64,000 nt of DNA, taken from assembly GCA_963815195.1 (NCBI GenBank), contig CAWFGE010000007.1, positions 256,001 to 320,000 on the forward strand, given 5' to 3'. Made by a program: the position numbers and the translations under genes. Every line of letters begins with the position of its first letter. The first letter of the stretch is position 1. The DNA is from an uncultured Planctomycetaceae bacterium. GTDB taxonomy: Bacteria; Planctomycetota; Planctomycetia; Planctomycetales; Planctomycetaceae. The notes under the pieces are model-generated. The model was not told the origin of the DNA. It did not search any database and was given only the letters and a program-made list of their open reading frames with translations. Shown here in pieces: positions 18,427 through 28,395 of the stretch.

Positions 18427-19719
18427 ATGGCGATTGGCGGTTCGGCTGAAAAGCCTGGGTTTTTGGCGGCTTCGATCTTGGTGCTGGCGTTGTTGGCTAC
18501 GGCTTCGGAACGGCCGGCGCCGGCGGCGGACGATCCCGTCCAACCCGCCATTGCCGAGTCGGCCCCCCGCGGGTTCGACCTTCTTGATACTTACCAGGCC
18601 AAACAGAAACGCCTGGACGTATTCCTCAAACAGCACGTTCTAGACAACCTCGCGCCGCTGGACCAGGAAAGTCCCGCCGCCGACGAGGTCGCGCGGCTCA
18701 AGGGAGGGTTGCAACTCTTGATCGACCAAGAGGCCGAACGGCTCTTTCGCGAGGCAATGGGTTCCGGGGATCCCGAAGTTCGCGATGCGATTCTCAAGAA
18801 ACTCCTCGAGGGAAAGTATGCTCCCCATGTCAGCGATCGGGTGAAACAAGAATTTGAAAAACGCACAATCGCGAACGGGAAAGAGCCCTTTCCCACGGTC
18901 GAAGAGGCCCGGGCTGCGGAAAAGCGGCTCAAGGAAAAACAGGCGCAACAGGCGGCCGAACAAGCCCAAAAGGATTTAAAAGACTTGGATCAGTTGAAAG
19001 ACCAACTGATGAGCGAGCGGATTTCCCAAGCCGCTCGAGACTTTGCGGAAACCGAATCGCGGAAGCAATTCACGACCGCCATTCGGCTTGTGCGGACGCA
19101 GCGGCGAGAACACCTGCGGGGTCTCATCGCTCGATACCCGGACACGAAAGCGGCCCACGAAGCCGAGGCGATTTTGGCGGGGAAGAAACAAGAAAACGAA
19201 TGGATCGCGAGCCAAAAGCTGGCGGAGGCGGTTCGTGCTCCGGTGAATTTCGATCAGCGTTGGCGGCGGATGAAAGAACTCATCCGGGAGTTGCCGAACA
19301 CAAAAGCCGCCGAGGAAGCCGCGCGGCTGTTCGACCAACACGCGGCCCAGGTTCCTCCCGCGTCCGTCACCAACGAAACCAGCCACGCCGCCGGATTGAC
19401 CTGGGACGTGCCCTACAGCCGGCTCAATTGGGCCAGCATCGCGGCGGGGGAAACCGAATCGCTCGCGTCGGCGTTTCCCATGCTGGTCCGCGTGCAAATT
19501 GATGACAACCAATGGCAGCCTTACCAGGTGCGTCCCGGCGGCCGGTATTTTCTCCGCACGAGCCCCGCGGGAATCCCGGTCTTGTTTGATGAAAACGGCG
19601 TGCCGGCCGGGAAAACCATCGTCGCTCCCCAATTCGGCCGGCCGCTCCCCAAAGCGCCCCCATTGCCGGTTTGGACCGAGCCGCACTTCTTCGACTGGCC
19701 CTGCCTTTATGGCTATTGA
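18427..19719 (+). CDS. Hypothetical secreted protein with coiled-coil/helical repeats
   Basis: Long ORF with signal peptide and repeated (Y/L)P(D/N)TKAA-EA helical motifs. Start uncertain. Confidence 0.6.
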   Translation: MAIGGSAEKPGFLAASILVLALLATASERPAPAADDPVQPAIAESAPRGFDLLDTYQAKQKRLDVFLKQHVLDNLAPLDQESPAADEVARLKGGLQLLIDQEAERLFREAMGSGDPEVRDAILKKLLEGKYAPHVSDRVKQEFEKRTIANGKEPFPTVEEARAAEKRLKEKQAQQAAEQAQKDLKDLDQLKDQLMSERISQAARDFAETESRKQFTTAIRLVRTQRREHLRGLIARYPDTKAAHEAEAILAGKKQENEWIASQKLAEAVRAPVNFDQRWRRMKELIRELPNTKAAEEAARLFDQHAAQVPPASVTNETSHAAGLTWDVPYSRLNWASIAAGETESLASAFPMLVRVQIDDNQWQPYQVRPGGRYFLRTSPAGIPVLFDENGVPAGKTIVAPQFGRPLPKAPPLPVWTEPHFFDWPCLYGY

Positions 19720-19733
19720 GTCGAAAGCGATTG

Positions 19734-20039
19734 CTAGCGAGACACGGGAATGGACTTTCCATCCCACTTGTGGTTCTCGTCTGGAATAAAGGTCATGGAA
19801 GGGTTTGCCGGGTGCTCGCTTGCGGCGAGCACGACGAGCCATCCTCCCGGCACGGCCGTCCGGTAAATGTTCCCAGGCACTTTGTCCTTGGACACCCATT
19901 GGAAGGACAGATCCACCTGGCGTGGCGCCGGCTGTTTGGCCTGGTCTTGGGCAAAAGCGTCGTTCTCAGGTTCCCTCATGCCGGAGCAAAAACCCCAGAT
20001 GGCAACGAGAACGCATAAGGCGATTGTTGAAGCTTTCAT
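19734..20039 (-). CDS. Small hypothetical secreted protein
   Basis: Signal peptide; YRTAVPGGWLV...MTFIPDENHKWD is protein-like and fits the intergenic gap. Confidence 0.6.
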   Translation of the reverse strand: MKASTIALCVLVAIWGFCSGMREPENDAFAQDQAKQPAPRQVDLSFQWVSKDKVPGNIYRTAVPGGWLVVLAASEHPANPSMTFIPDENHKWDGKSIPVSR

Positions 20040-20134
20040 AGGTTGACTTTCTGGTTAGACGGTTGGCAGCGAGCTTTGGACGAAAAGGGACGGCTTTTTT
20101 CGCTGTTCCACCCGGCTCACGATAAGCCGGCGGT

Positions 20135-21781
20135 TTACCAGAGATGCCAGCCGATGAAGCCGGCACAGGCGACTCCAAGGAGTGTAAACGTCAACAGCAT
20201 GCCGAACAGGATGGGACGGCGGCGGCACCAGCGTCCGAGCCGGGCCAACATACCGGGCGGCTTGGTTTTAATCGGCTGGTTCTGCAGATAGCGGCGGAGT
20301 TCCGAAACGATCGCCATCCCGGACGGATAGCGGTCGCGGGGATGGACTTCGAGGCACTTCATGCAGATGGCATCGAGCGGTTTGGGGACGGAGGAATTGA
20401 CCGCGCGCGGGCTGGGCGGGCGGCCTTTGGCGATTTGCTTTAAGAGGTCCCTGCCTTTTCCCCGGAAGGGTCTCCGCCCGGTCAAGAGTTCGTACAAAAT
20501 CACGCCGAACGCGAACACGTCCGTCAGCGGGTCCGCAACGCCGCCGGCTTCGGGGAGCTGCTCCGGTGCCAGATAGGCCGCGTCTCCCACGATGTCGCCG
20601 CCCGCGGTGAGGGTTTGCGCGCTGCGGCCCGTGTTGAGCGAGAAGTCCATCAGGTAAGGCTCCAAGTCGGCGCGCAGGCGGATGTTCGTGGGCTTTAAGT
20701 TCCCGTGCACGACGTCAAATTTGTGCGCGTGATTCAACCCGCTCGCGATCCCGGCGCACAGACTTGCGATTTCCCGAAAGGACAACTTCCGCTCGGACGA
20801 CTTGGCAAGGTATTCGGAGAGTTCAACGCTGCCCCTGGCATAATCGCTCACGATATAAATTCTGTCCTCGGCGCGATCCACTTCGTGCAGGGTGACGATG
20901 TTGTCGTGCCGAAGCTGCATGACGGAGCGAAGCCCCGTGAGAAAATCCTCCGTCTTGCGTTCGTCCACGGGATTCGCCCAGGACACTTTGATGGCAATCG
21001 GTTTGCCGGTCTGGCCGTCTTTGGCGCGAAACACCATCCCAAATGGCCCCACGCCCGCGCGGGATTGCTGGGGAAGCGCATACGGGCCGACGTGGGGTGG
21101 CATCGCGATGTCGGCGGCCGCGGTTTCGGGAGGAATCAGACTGAACCGGGTCTGGCAGTCGGGGCAGTTCAGTTCCAGAAGGTCCTCGACCCTTTGAAAC
21201 GGAACCCGCGCGTGGCAGTACGGACACCGGACCGCGTGGCCGCCGAGTTCAAATGAACTATGTAACGAAGAACGAGCGCCCGCCGCCGATCCTTCCGTCG
21301 GTGAATTGGATATCTCCACGTCTTCGAAAAAATCTTCCGGCAGCACAGCGGAATCGTTGGGGTTGCGCATCCGTTCCTGGCGGTCCGACCGCGGGGCCCG
21401 TTCGGCGCTTTTGCCGTTTCGGCGAGGGGGTTCGGTTTCACTCAGCCGCTGGAAATCCGCCGGCGGCGGTTCGGGCACCGGAGCGGGTTCGTATTGAACT
21501 TTCCCGTGCGTTTCGGCCGGCTTCTGCGATTTCCCGGGTCTTGGGGGGGGTGGGGCAGGTTTTGGGGGATTCTCCGGCGGCGACTCGGGAGTCAGAGCCT
21601 TTTCCATTACAAATTTGTAGCTGCACCGTGGGCATTTCCCCTTCCGCCCCAAAAATTCCCGGCTCGGAAGGTGCAAGTGATAATCGCATTGCGGACAGGC
21701 GACGATGATTTCCATGGGAACAGTTTGAGCCGAAGGCCGTCCTTGGGCAAGGGGTGGAAGTTTCTCATTGGGGGCGCTCAT
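20135..21781 (-). CDS. Ser/Thr protein kinase-like protein with two zinc-ribbon motifs and a C-terminal TM (probable pseudokinase)
   Basis: CPQC/CPRC and CPYC/CPDC; GVGPFGMVF, IAIK, LRHDNIV, HGNLKPTNI, DFS, YLAPEQ and DVFAFGVILYELLTG. Confidence 0.88.
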   Translation of the reverse strand: MSAPNEKLPPLAQGRPSAQTVPMEIIVACPQCDYHLHLPSREFLGRKGKCPRCSYKFVMEKALTPESPPENPPKPAPPPPRPGKSQKPAETHGKVQYEPAPVPEPPPADFQRLSETEPPRRNGKSAERAPRSDRQERMRNPNDSAVLPEDFFEDVEISNSPTEGSAAGARSSLHSSFELGGHAVRCPYCHARVPFQRVEDLLELNCPDCQTRFSLIPPETAAADIAMPPHVGPYALPQQSRAGVGPFGMVFRAKDGQTGKPIAIKVSWANPVDERKTEDFLTGLRSVMQLRHDNIVTLHEVDRAEDRIYIVSDYARGSVELSEYLAKSSERKLSFREIASLCAGIASGLNHAHKFDVVHGNLKPTNIRLRADLEPYLMDFSLNTGRSAQTLTAGGDIVGDAAYLAPEQLPEAGGVADPLTDVFAFGVILYELLTGRRPFRGKGRDLLKQIAKGRPPSPRAVNSSVPKPLDAICMKCLEVHPRDRYPSGMAIVSELRRYLQNQPIKTKPPGMLARLGRWCRRRPILFGMLLTFTLLGVACAGFIGWHLW

Positions 21782-22157
21782 CAGTTATATCACCTCTCCG
21801 GGCCGTAAACTATCCCGCGATTTCTGCATGGGGGAGAATCGGGGGATCGTCTCTGTCCCGCCGGCGCAACAAAACGGGGGACTCTCCAGAAGAGGGATAC
21901 CCTTTTCCCTCAGCGCGGCAAAAGGCCGTCGCGCGCCGCGGCCCCTTTGCAACCCGCTGGGTTTGTCAGATTTTTCCCCACACGTCAGTAGGAGAGCGAC
22001 GGGCGGCAAAATCGTGTATCCGTCGGATGCCTTTTCTGTAGGAGCGTGGTAGGAAAGAGAGGGAAGTTTGGTCTTTTTGTTCTACCCTAACAGGAACCCC
22101 GGCCGTTTCGAGAAGAGGGTTCCCTTTCTTGACATCGAATGGAATAGGAAACAATCC

Positions 22158-22844
22158 ATGTTGAAAACCGATGCCCCCCGACAACAGGACACGGCGAAAA
22201 AATCCGTCTTGCTCGTGGACGATCACCCGATCGTCCGAAAGGGCCTCATGATGCTCATTAACACCCAGCCCGATTGGGAGGTGTGCGGCGAAGCAGCGGG
22301 AATGTCGGAAGGGATGAGCTTGTTTTTCGAAAAGCACCCGGAATTCGTGATTGTCGATCTCTCCTTGGAAAATGGCAGCGGGTTGGAGTTGATTCGCGCC
22401 ATCGTCAAGGTGGAACCCAAGACGAAAATCCTGGTGCATTCTCTGCACGATGAGAACCTCTTCGCCGAACGAGCGCTCTGCGCGGGGGCCAAAGGCTATA
22501 TCAACAAAATGGAAGCCACAAACCGCATCGTGGACGCGCTCAAGTGCCTGCAAGCCGGGAATCTGTATCTCAGCGACAAAATGAAGGAACGCATGTTGTC
22601 CCGGTCGGTCGGGGCGGTTCCGGCGGGCACCGACCATTCGCCGGTGGACCGCTTGTCCGACCGCGAGTTTGAAGTATTTGAGTTGATCGGCAAAGGCATG
22701 GCGGTTAAGGAAATCGCCGAGAAACTCTACCTCTCGCCCAAGACCATCGAAACCTACCGCGACAGCATCAAGACCAAGCTCGATTTGAAAAACTCCCGCC
22801 AGGTCGTGCAATATGCGATTCAATGGGTGCTGGAAGAAATGTGA
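22158..22844 (+). CDS. NarL/LuxR-family response regulator
   Basis: LLVDDHPIVR, IVDLSL (phospho-Asp), GAKGYINK, and LSDREFEVFELIGKG...EIAEKLYLSPKTIETYR HTH. Confidence 0.92.
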   Translation: MLKTDAPRQQDTAKKSVLLVDDHPIVRKGLMMLINTQPDWEVCGEAAGMSEGMSLFFEKHPEFVIVDLSLENGSGLELIRAIVKVEPKTKILVHSLHDENLFAERALCAGAKGYINKMEATNRIVDALKCLQAGNLYLSDKMKERMLSRSVGAVPAGTDHSPVDRLSDREFEVFELIGKGMAVKEIAEKLYLSPKTIETYRDSIKTKLDLKNSRQVVQYAIQWVLEEM

Positions 22845-23183
22845 GGTCCCGGTGTGCGCAGACCAGGCCCGCGCCGCCGCGACGCTTCTCAGGCGGTGTG
22901 CTAAGTGAAAATGGGTTCGTCCGGATCATCAGGGGCAACGACGACGGTGTTAACGAATATCTTGTGCGCGCTCTTGCACCTCCCCAAAGGGCCCAAAGGG
23001 GAGGTGAAATCCATCATTCCTTCCCGCTGCGGATCCGTTTTTCTTTGTCCAATGTGTTGATTCGTCTCCGCACGGGTGCTAATCTGGAGTCATTGGAAGG
23101 CTTTTTTGTAGAGACCGCTACGTATATCCCGCCCAGAATCCTGCCGACTTATCCTGCCGCTGAAAACACTCCCCGTGCTTTTC

Positions 23184-23199
23184 ACTTGTGTACACAAGT
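23184..23199. promoter_or_regulatory. Perfect 16-bp palindrome ACTTGTGTACACAAGT, likely transcription-factor operator (GntR-like)
   Basis: Perfect dyad ending 74 bp upstream of the DUF1559 start; TTGT-N4-ACAA resembles GntR-family boxes. Confidence 0.55.
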
Positions 23200-23272
23200 C
23201 TGCTGACAACCTCACTCTCGTCTGATCCATTTTTTCCCTTTCTCTCAAACCTTTTCCAAAGGAGGTGTCCTT

Positions 23273-24346
23273 ATGACCCTTTCGCGCCTGCAAATGAAGC
23301 GGAGCCGATCTTCGCGACCGAATCGGCTGGGCTTCACTTTGATCGAACTCTTGGTGGTCATCGCGATTATTGCGATCCTGATCGCGCTTCTGCTGCCGGC
23401 CGTGCAGCAGGCTCGTGAAGCCGCCCGCCGCAGCCAGTGCAAGAACAACCTCAAGCAGTTCGGCATCGCTTTGAGCAACTTTCACGACACGTACAACCGC
23501 TTCCCGGTCGCGATGGCGGACGACGACACGAACAACTGGGGTTGGGGCGTCTATTTGCTGCCCTATCTCGACCAGGCTCCCATGTACCAGCAATTGACCA
23601 AGGGCACGAACAGCACCTCGACGACCTTCACGCCGATCGTGCTCGTCTACCAGCCGGGAAATCACACGTTTCCGAGCGGCACCAACAACATCGACTCCAC
23701 AGGCTCGGGACAAAACGTCAACAGCGGCAACTACCCCGGGATTAAAAACACGCTGAACGCTTTTGTCTGCCCGTCCGACACGTTGCCCCAGACCAACAAC
23801 GCGGGCATCGGCAAGTCCAACTACTGCGCCAATATCGGAGCGATCCTCACCGGCAGCGGAGGCTGGGGCGGTCCCAGCGGCCAGACCATGAACGGCGGGT
23901 TGGCCTGGGACAATTACAACTACGCCAGCTACCATACCGACTTTGCCGCGCTGACAGACGGAGCGAGCAACACGATCATGATCGGCGAAGTCACCCAGTC
24001 CACGTGCGTGCGGAACAGCATCAACAACAATACCTGGTTCCCGGTCTGGACGGGCGGGAACACGCATGGTTCGCAGAGTCCCGGCTTCATCGGCTGGGGC
24101 AGCTTTGCCCGCACCACGAACGCCTCTTATCCGATCAACACGCCGGCCAATCTCTCCTCGACCAGCCCCAGTTGCGGCACCGGCGACAACTCGGACCGCG
24201 CTTTCGGCAGCCAGCACGTCGGCGGAGCCCAATTCGTGTTCGGCGACGGATCGGTCCACTTCCTCAGCCAGAACATCAACGCCCTCGTCTATCAGGGGCT
24301 CGGCACGCGGAACGGCGGAGAAGCCGTCTCCACGCCCGGCGGTTAA
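23273..24346 (+). CDS. DUF1559 prepilin-type N-methylation domain protein
   Basis: [25 protein letters not shown]...[29 protein letters not shown] and FGSQHVGGAQFVFGDGSV. Confidence 0.93.
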   Translation: MTLSRLQMKRSRSSRPNRLGFTLIELLVVIAIIAILIALLLPAVQQAREAARRSQCKNNLKQFGIALSNFHDTYNRFPVAMADDDTNNWGWGVYLLPYLDQAPMYQQLTKGTNSTSTTFTPIVLVYQPGNHTFPSGTNNIDSTGSGQNVNSGNYPGIKNTLNAFVCPSDTLPQTNNAGIGKSNYCANIGAILTGSGGWGGPSGQTMNGGLAWDNYNYASYHTDFAALTDGASNTIMIGEVTQSTCVRNSINNNTWFPVWTGGNTHGSQSPGFIGWGSFARTTNASYPINTPANLSSTSPSCGTGDNSDRAFGSQHVGGAQFVFGDGSVHFLSQNINALVYQGLGTRNGGEAVSTPGG

Positions 24347-24481
24347 TCCGGGCCGGTTTGATCGAATGAGACCTGTGCCGCCGGTGCTTCCGGCGGCCCA
24401 TTTTCCTCCAACACGCGGAGGCTCCGCCGGGAGATTCCGCGGTTCTCGCTTTCACAAAGTTTTGCCCAAAGGACTTTACCC

Positions 24482-24955
24482 ATGAATCATATGAAACGTC
24501 TCCCAGCACGAAAGGCGTTCCCGTGCTGGATCTTTCCCCTGTTGGCCGTGCCGCTGTTGCTGGCGGGATGCGGCGGCGGGGAGGAGCATCCCACGGCCGC
24601 CGTGACCGGCAAAGTGACCTACAAAGGCGACCCCGTCCAAGGCGGCACGCTGATTTTTGCTCCGGTGGCCGAGTCCGACAAATCCAACCCCGGAAAGCCG
24701 GGGATCGCCAACATCAAAGACGACGGCACGTTTACCGTCTCGACTTACGCGCAAGAAGACGGCGCGGTGGTCGGCAAAAACAACTTGACGTTTACGCCGC
24801 CGATTCCGGAGGCCCCGGCCACTCCCGAAGGCGGGCACTCGCAGGAAACGCCGAAGTCGCCTTACGACGGACTGGTTCCCAAGCCGTCGAGCGTCGACGT
24901 CAAATCCGGCGAGACGAACTCGTTCAATATTGAACTGGCTCCCTCCGGTTCGTAA
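24482..24955 (+). CDS. Lipoprotein partner of DUF1559
   Basis: Lipobox LAGC; VTGKVTYKGDPV-GG-L-F-P, DGTF-VSTY-DGAVVG and N-FNIEL motifs. Confidence 0.85.
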   Translation: MNHMKRLPARKAFPCWIFPLLAVPLLLAGCGGGEEHPTAAVTGKVTYKGDPVQGGTLIFAPVAESDKSNPGKPGIANIKDDGTFTVSTYAQEDGAVVGKNNLTFTPPIPEAPATPEGGHSQETPKSPYDGLVPKPSSVDVKSGETNSFNIELAPSGS

Positions 24956-25005
24956 AGTGGATCCAGAGCATCGCAGGTTCCGCCCGCGATGAAATGAACT
25001 CGATA

Positions 25006-25033
25006 GGGGCGGCTCGCGGCCGTCCCTTTTTTT
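25006..25033 (+). terminator. Intrinsic terminator
   Basis: GGGGCGGC-TCGCG-GCCGTCCC stem-loop followed by T7. Confidence 0.65.
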
Positions 25034-25104
25034 GCATTTCCCCGTTTGCGTCGTTTCCAATCGGATCAGGCCCGCTCCCCTCGTCGAAACGGTGCCGGCA
25101 ACCA

Positions 25105-26577
25105 ATGGCCTCCACGCCCCGCCCAGCGACGTCCGCCTCCCGAACGCCCGCGCCGTCCGGCCGAGCGGAAACGTGGCTGGCCCGCGCCTGCGCACCCGTG
25201 GACATCGCATCGCTAGTCTTCTTTCGCATCGCATTGGGACTGATCCTGCTGTGGGAGGTGTTCCGGTATTTCGCGAACGATTGGATCGCGTCCCAGTACA
25301 TCGACCCGCCGATTCACTTCATGTATCTCGGTTTCGGCTGGGTTCGCCCCTGGCCGGGCGACGGGATGTTTCTGCACTTTGGGGCCCTCGGCTTTCTGGC
25401 GGTTTGCGTGGTTGTCGGATTGAGATACCGCGCCGCGATGCTCTTGCTCTGGCTGGGATGGACTTACGTCGTGCTGTTGGACAAGGCGATGTATCTGAAC
25501 CATCTGTACCTCGTCTGCCTGATCTGTTTTTTGATGATCTTCGTCCCGGCGCACCGAGCGGGTTCGCTGGACTGCCTGCGAAATCCCGGACTGCGCACGG
25601 ACCACATCCCGGCCTGGGCGTTGTGGCTCATTCGCGGCCAGATCGCCATCCCGTATTTCTTCGGCGGCGTGGCGAAGATCGACGGCGATTGGCTCCACGG
25701 GCAGCCTTTGGAACTCTGGATGTCCCGCATGACTTCGCTCCGGGAAATCGTCCCGTTTTACGGCGAGCGATGGGCGGCTTTGGCTTTCAGCTACGGCGGC
25801 TTGCTGCTGGATTTGTTCGTGGTGCCCTTGCTCTTATGGCGGACGACGCGGCGGTGGGCGTTCGCGGCGGCGGTGACGTTTCACCTTTTGAATGCCGCGA
25901 TGTTCCACATCGGCATCTTTCCGTGGTTTATGATCTGCGCGACGACGTTGTTCCTCTCCCCCGAATGGCCGAGGCGCCTGCTGCGATTGTCCCCGGTGAA
26001 ACCCGCGCCCCCGTCCGTGGATCCCCACCCAATCCTTACGCCCGGGCGGAAACGGGGCATCGGCCTTTTGGCGGTTTGGTTTCTTGTGCAGGGGCTGCTT
26101 CCGTTTCGGCACTTCCTCTATCCGGGCGATGTCAATTGGACGGAAGAAGGCAGCCGATTCGCCTGGCGGATGATGCTTGTGGACAAGACGTCGGCGATGC
26201 AAATTCTCGCGCGGAACCCGCGAACGGGCCAGACCTTTGCCGTGGATCCCCGGCCGTGGCTTACGCCCAAACAGCTCGAACGCACGGGCCAACACCCGGC
26301 CATGGCCTTGGAGTTCAGCCGATTTCTCGCGAGCGAACTCCAGCGCAAGGGTTACGGCGACCTGGAAATCCGCGTGATCGATTTGTGCTCGATGAACGGC
26401 CGGAAGCCGCAGTTGCTCATCGATCCCCATGTCAATCTCGCCGCGGAGCCTCGGACCTGGGGGCATGAATCCTGGATCGTTCCACTCCACGAACCGCTTC
26501 CCGAGAAACCCTGGACCGTCCCGCCGCCCCAGTGGAGCAAATACCTCGACATCCCCCAAATGCTGAAGCGGAAATAG
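25105..26577 (+). CDS. HTTM-domain, vitamin K-dependent gamma-glutamyl carboxylase-like membrane protein
   Basis: VD-ASL-FFRI, YLNHLYL, YFFGGVAKIDGDW, FH-NA-F-IGIFPW, WTEEG-RFAWRMML and S-NGR-PQ-IDP motifs. Confidence 0.88.
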   Translation: MASTPRPATSASRTPAPSGRAETWLARACAPVDIASLVFFRIALGLILLWEVFRYFANDWIASQYIDPPIHFMYLGFGWVRPWPGDGMFLHFGALGFLAVCVVVGLRYRAAMLLLWLGWTYVVLLDKAMYLNHLYLVCLICFLMIFVPAHRAGSLDCLRNPGLRTDHIPAWALWLIRGQIAIPYFFGGVAKIDGDWLHGQPLELWMSRMTSLREIVPFYGERWAALAFSYGGLLLDLFVVPLLLWRTTRRWAFAAAVTFHLLNAAMFHIGIFPWFMICATTLFLSPEWPRRLLRLSPVKPAPPSVDPHPILTPGRKRGIGLLAVWFLVQGLLPFRHFLYPGDVNWTEEGSRFAWRMMLVDKTSAMQILARNPRTGQTFAVDPRPWLTPKQLERTGQHPAMALEFSRFLASELQRKGYGDLEIRVIDLCSMNGRKPQLLIDPHVNLAAEPRTWGHESWIVPLHEPLPEKPWTVPPPQWSKYLDIPQMLKRK

Positions 26578-26637
26578 CTCAGACTTTCATCGGACCCTTC
26601 GGCTCCTGGCCCTGGCCATTCCCCTCGCGAATATCTC

Positions 26638-28395
26638 ATGAACATCTTCGGACGGCATCGTTGGCTCATCACATTTCTGTTGCTCCTCGGTCTTGCCTGC
26701 CACGGATGCAGCCGATCGGGATCTATCGAGGATCCCAACGTGGACGCGAAGCGGCCCGGTGACAAAAGCCCGCCGCCCGCGGCCGATCCCTGGTTTGTCG
26801 ATGCGACGAAAGAGTTGGGCTTGGACTTCGTTCACGATCCGGGACCGATCACGAAAGACTACTTCATGCCGCAGAGCATGGGCTCGGGGCTGGCGGTGTT
26901 CGACTTCGACGGCGACGGGAGGCTCGATCTGTATTTTCTGCAAAACGCCGGCCCGAAATCGTCCTCGAAGAACCGGCTCTATCGCCAGACCGCCGAAGGC
27001 CGTTTTGAGGATGTCAGCAAAGGCTCCGGGCTGGACGTGGCGGGGTACGGAATGGGTGTCGCTGCCGGCGATGTCAACAACGACGGCCGGCCCGATGTCT
27101 GCGTGGCGGAATACGGCCGCGTGCGGTTGTTCCTGAACGAGGGCGACGGCAAGTTCCGGGACGTGACGAAAGCGGCGGGAATCTCCAATCCGCAATGGGC
27201 TTCGGTCCCCGGCTTTCTGGATTACGACCGCGACGGGTTTCTCGATCTGGTGATTGTCAACTACATCGAATACGACCCCGCCTGGGATTGCAGCACAAAC
27301 AGCGGAAGGCCCGATTATTGCGCGCCGTACGCCTTCCAGGGCACGGCGAGCCAACTGTTTCATCACCTGGGACCGGGCGATGGCTCGGTGCGATTTGAGG
27401 ATGTGACGGTTTCCTCCGGCGTCGGCACGCGGGCCGGTCCGGGGCTGGGCGTGTTGTGCTCGGATTTCAACCGCGACGGCTGGATCGATATCTTCATCGG
27501 CAACGATGGCAAAGCCAATCACCTGTGGATCAACCGGCAAGACGGCACGTTCGCGGAAGAGGCGATCCTCAGCGGCCTCGCGTATAACGCCGAGGGAAAG
27601 GCCGAGGCCGACATGGGCATCGGCTGGGGCGATGCGAACGGCGACCTTTTGCCCGACCTGTTCGTGACGCACTTGACCGAGGAGACGCACACGTTTTGGG
27701 TCCAGGAAAGCCCGGGCGTCTTCCAAGACCGCACCGCCGCGTCGCATCTGACGGCTGCGGATTGGCATGCGACGGGGTTCGGGGCGACGATGCAGGATTT
27801 CGATCACGACGGGGCCTTGGATATCGCCTCGGTCAGCGGCCGGGTCTCGCAGAACCTGCGGGCGAAGGTCGATCCAAAGTTGGGATCGCATTGGAGCTTT
27901 TACGCCGAGCGAAACCAGTTGTTCGCGGGCGACGGCCGGGGACATTTCCGCGATGTGTCGCGGGCCAACCCGCCGTTTTGCGGAACGCCGAACGTCGCCC
28001 GCGGGCTGGCGTGGGGGGACATCGACGGCGACGGCGATGTGGATCTCGTCATCACGACCGCAGGCGGCAAAGCCCGCATCTTCCGCAACGTCGCCGCCTC
28101 GCGCGGGCATTGGCTGATCGTGCAAGCCCTCGATCCCCAGCTGCACCGCAATGCCTACGGAGCCGAGGTCACGATTGTGGCCGGTGAGCACCGCAAGATC
28201 GGGTACATCAATCCGGGTGGGAGTTTTGGCTCGAGCAGCGATCCGCGGGCCCATTTTGGTTTGGGAAACACAACTCGCATCGACCGCATCGAAGTTCGCT
28301 GGCCGGATGGGACGCTCGAAACCTTCCCCGGCGGCGAGGTCGATCGCATGATGACTTTGAAAGCAGGAACCGGCGATGTCGCGAAAACGGAATGA
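26638..28395 (+). CDS. CRTAC1-family lipoprotein (FG-GAP/VCBS repeats plus ASPIC/UnbV domain)
   Basis: Lipoprotein-like signal (LACHGC), multiple DxDxDG repeats, RGLAWGDIDGDGDVD, AHFGLG and IEVRWPDG. Confidence 0.9.
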   Translation: MNIFGRHRWLITFLLLLGLACHGCSRSGSIEDPNVDAKRPGDKSPPPAADPWFVDATKELGLDFVHDPGPITKDYFMPQSMGSGLAVFDFDGDGRLDLYFLQNAGPKSSSKNRLYRQTAEGRFEDVSKGSGLDVAGYGMGVAAGDVNNDGRPDVCVAEYGRVRLFLNEGDGKFRDVTKAAGISNPQWASVPGFLDYDRDGFLDLVIVNYIEYDPAWDCSTNSGRPDYCAPYAFQGTASQLFHHLGPGDGSVRFEDVTVSSGVGTRAGPGLGVLCSDFNRDGWIDIFIGNDGKANHLWINRQDGTFAEEAILSGLAYNAEGKAEADMGIGWGDANGDLLPDLFVTHLTEETHTFWVQESPGVFQDRTAASHLTAADWHATGFGATMQDFDHDGALDIASVSGRVSQNLRAKVDPKLGSHWSFYAERNQLFAGDGRGHFRDVSRANPPFCGTPNVARGLAWGDIDGDGDVDLVITTAGGKARIFRNVAASRGHWLIVQALDPQLHRNAYGAEVTIVAGEHRKIGYINPGGSFGSSSDPRAHFGLGNTTRIDRIEVRWPDGTLETFPGGEVDRMMTLKAGTGDVAKTE

